Part shown: one piece after another, positions 46,116 through 46,879 of the stretch | Numbering within the stretch: the first letter of the stretch is position 1 | Layout: each line of letters opens with the position of its first letter | Assembly: GCA_040904565.1 (NCBI GenBank) | Contig: JBBDTI010000025.1 | Span: 1 to 46,879, forward strand | Length of the DNA: 46,879 nt | DNA from: Rhodothermales bacterium | GTDB lineage: Bacteria > Bacteroidota > Rhodothermia > Rhodothermales > VXPQ01 | Reading direction: 5' to 3' | Program-made: the position numbers and the translations under genes | The notes under the pieces: generated by a model | The model's input: only the letters and a program-made list of their open reading frames with translations | What the model was told of the DNA's origin: nothing | The model's database searches: none

Positions 46116-46358
46116 TCATGCTTGAGAGTGGCATCGTTCTCGGGCCGGACTCCCGGCACGTTCATCTCGGTGTTTGATGGCGGCTCCATAGAGCACGCCC
46201 TGTAGAAAGAATCGGGCGTCGGCCCGGCTCATGTACAGCTCACATCCGTCGATCACTAGATGTACCACCGTCACCCTTAGTTCGTAGCGGTCAACCACGT
46301 TGACGCGCTGGGAGAGTTTGAGAAGAGTGTGGAGCGACACGCTTCGCAGATTGTGCAT
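46116..46358 (-). CDS. Small hypothetical protein (one copy of the ~55-aa domain)
   Basis: MHNLRSVSLHTLL...FFLQGVLYG aligns without gaps to the N-domain of 44886..45440. A sigma-54-like element upstream supports ATG 46358. Confidence 0.7.
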   Translation of the reverse strand: MHNLRSVSLHTLLKLSQRVNVVDRYELRVTVVHLVIDGCELYMSRADARFFLQGVLYGAAIKHRDERAGSPARERCHSQA

Positions 46359-46399
46359 GAATAGGAGCCGTTCGGGGTGGGAATTCACCCGAACGTATA

Positions 46400-46414
46400 T
46401 CAAGAGCCGTACCA
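46400..46414 (-). promoter_or_regulatory. Putative sigma-54 promoter
   Basis: Minus strand TGGTACG-GCTC-TTGA, 41 bp upstream of ATG 46358. Confidence 0.55.
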
Positions 46415-46525
46415 TTCTTGCTTATCCGCCGGTCGCCTCCAGCAGAGCGGATCGTCTCGAAACGTATCCGGACGTGCCGTAGGCACCGCCGCGCACGACG
46501 TGCACAGGGCGTGGGCAGGCCGTGC

Positions 46526-46577
46526 GCACTGCAAGGGGCGGTGCGAGAGGCTCTACTAGGGGCACTGCAAGGGGCGG
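46526..46577. repeat. 16-bp direct repeat GCACTGCAAGGGGCGG
   Basis: Exact copies at 46526-46541 and 46562-46577. Confidence 0.8.
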
Positions 46578-46723
46578 CTTCGCACGCCGTCACGTATCTC
46601 ACGTCACGCTTTTTTTTCGAAACCGCGACCTCAGCCTCCGGGTATTACGTGCTCGCCGAGCAGCAGCGCCGTGGTTTCCCCTTAAAGCTGATGTGAATCC
46701 GCGCGCCTTGGAGACGTGGGGGG

Positions 46724-46755
46724 TTGTTTCCTGCCGGACGGTTCGGTTATATTTT
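46724..46755 (+). promoter_or_regulatory. Bacteroidota-type -33/-7 promoter of tRNA-Phe
   Basis: TTG at 46724, 21-nt spacer, TATATTTT at 46748. Confidence 0.45.
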
Positions 46756-46818
46756 CGCGCTCGACATCGTATGGGAGTCCGGCCAAATAAGCAGGACGAA
46801 CGACACGACAAACAAGAG

Positions 46819-46879
<61 letters not shown>

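Noticed and set aside
46526-46577. Direct repeats as a CRISPR remnant
   Set aside because: Only two 16-bp copies with a 20-bp spacer, and no cas genes.

Overview
GC-rich bacterial chromosome segment, most likely from a flagellated member of the FCB group such as Rhodothermota. This is inferred from TAnnTTTG promoters, purH-mreB-mreC synteny, a bacilliredoxin, Gln-first signal peptides and flagellar genes. Layout: (1) 1-6.7 kb, minus-strand flagellar operon flgF-G-A-H-I-J-N-K-L (flgL runs off the edge). (2) An MtfA-like peptidase, then an 8.0-22.4 kb ten-gene island: TPR proteins, two sulfotransferase domains, a TPR-amidase-sulfotransferase-GT4 fusion, an epimerase, a DegT aminotransferase, an AsnB amidotransferase, a methyltransferase, an ATP-grasp enzyme and a GT-TPR. 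It looks like a flagellum-associated sulfated-glycan modification system. (3) 22.4-44.2 kb, mostly housekeeping (rpmA, rplU, ltaE, greA, hslVU, dacB, mreBC, purHN, ldcA and others). (4) An islet between tRNA-Asp and tRNA-Phe. The strongest new signals: 6 of 10 island proteins end in Ala-Ala (ClpXP-type degron) versus 0 of 34 other complete CDS; sigma-54-like -24/-12 elements link the flagellar operon, the island and the islet; three copies of an unrecognised ~55-aa domain flank a CheY-like regulator; a catalytically degenerate NYN protein sits inside hslVU; FlgH is not a lipoprotein; and a chain of translationally coupled mini-ORFs precedes purN. All family assignments come from motif recognition by eye, with no database searches.
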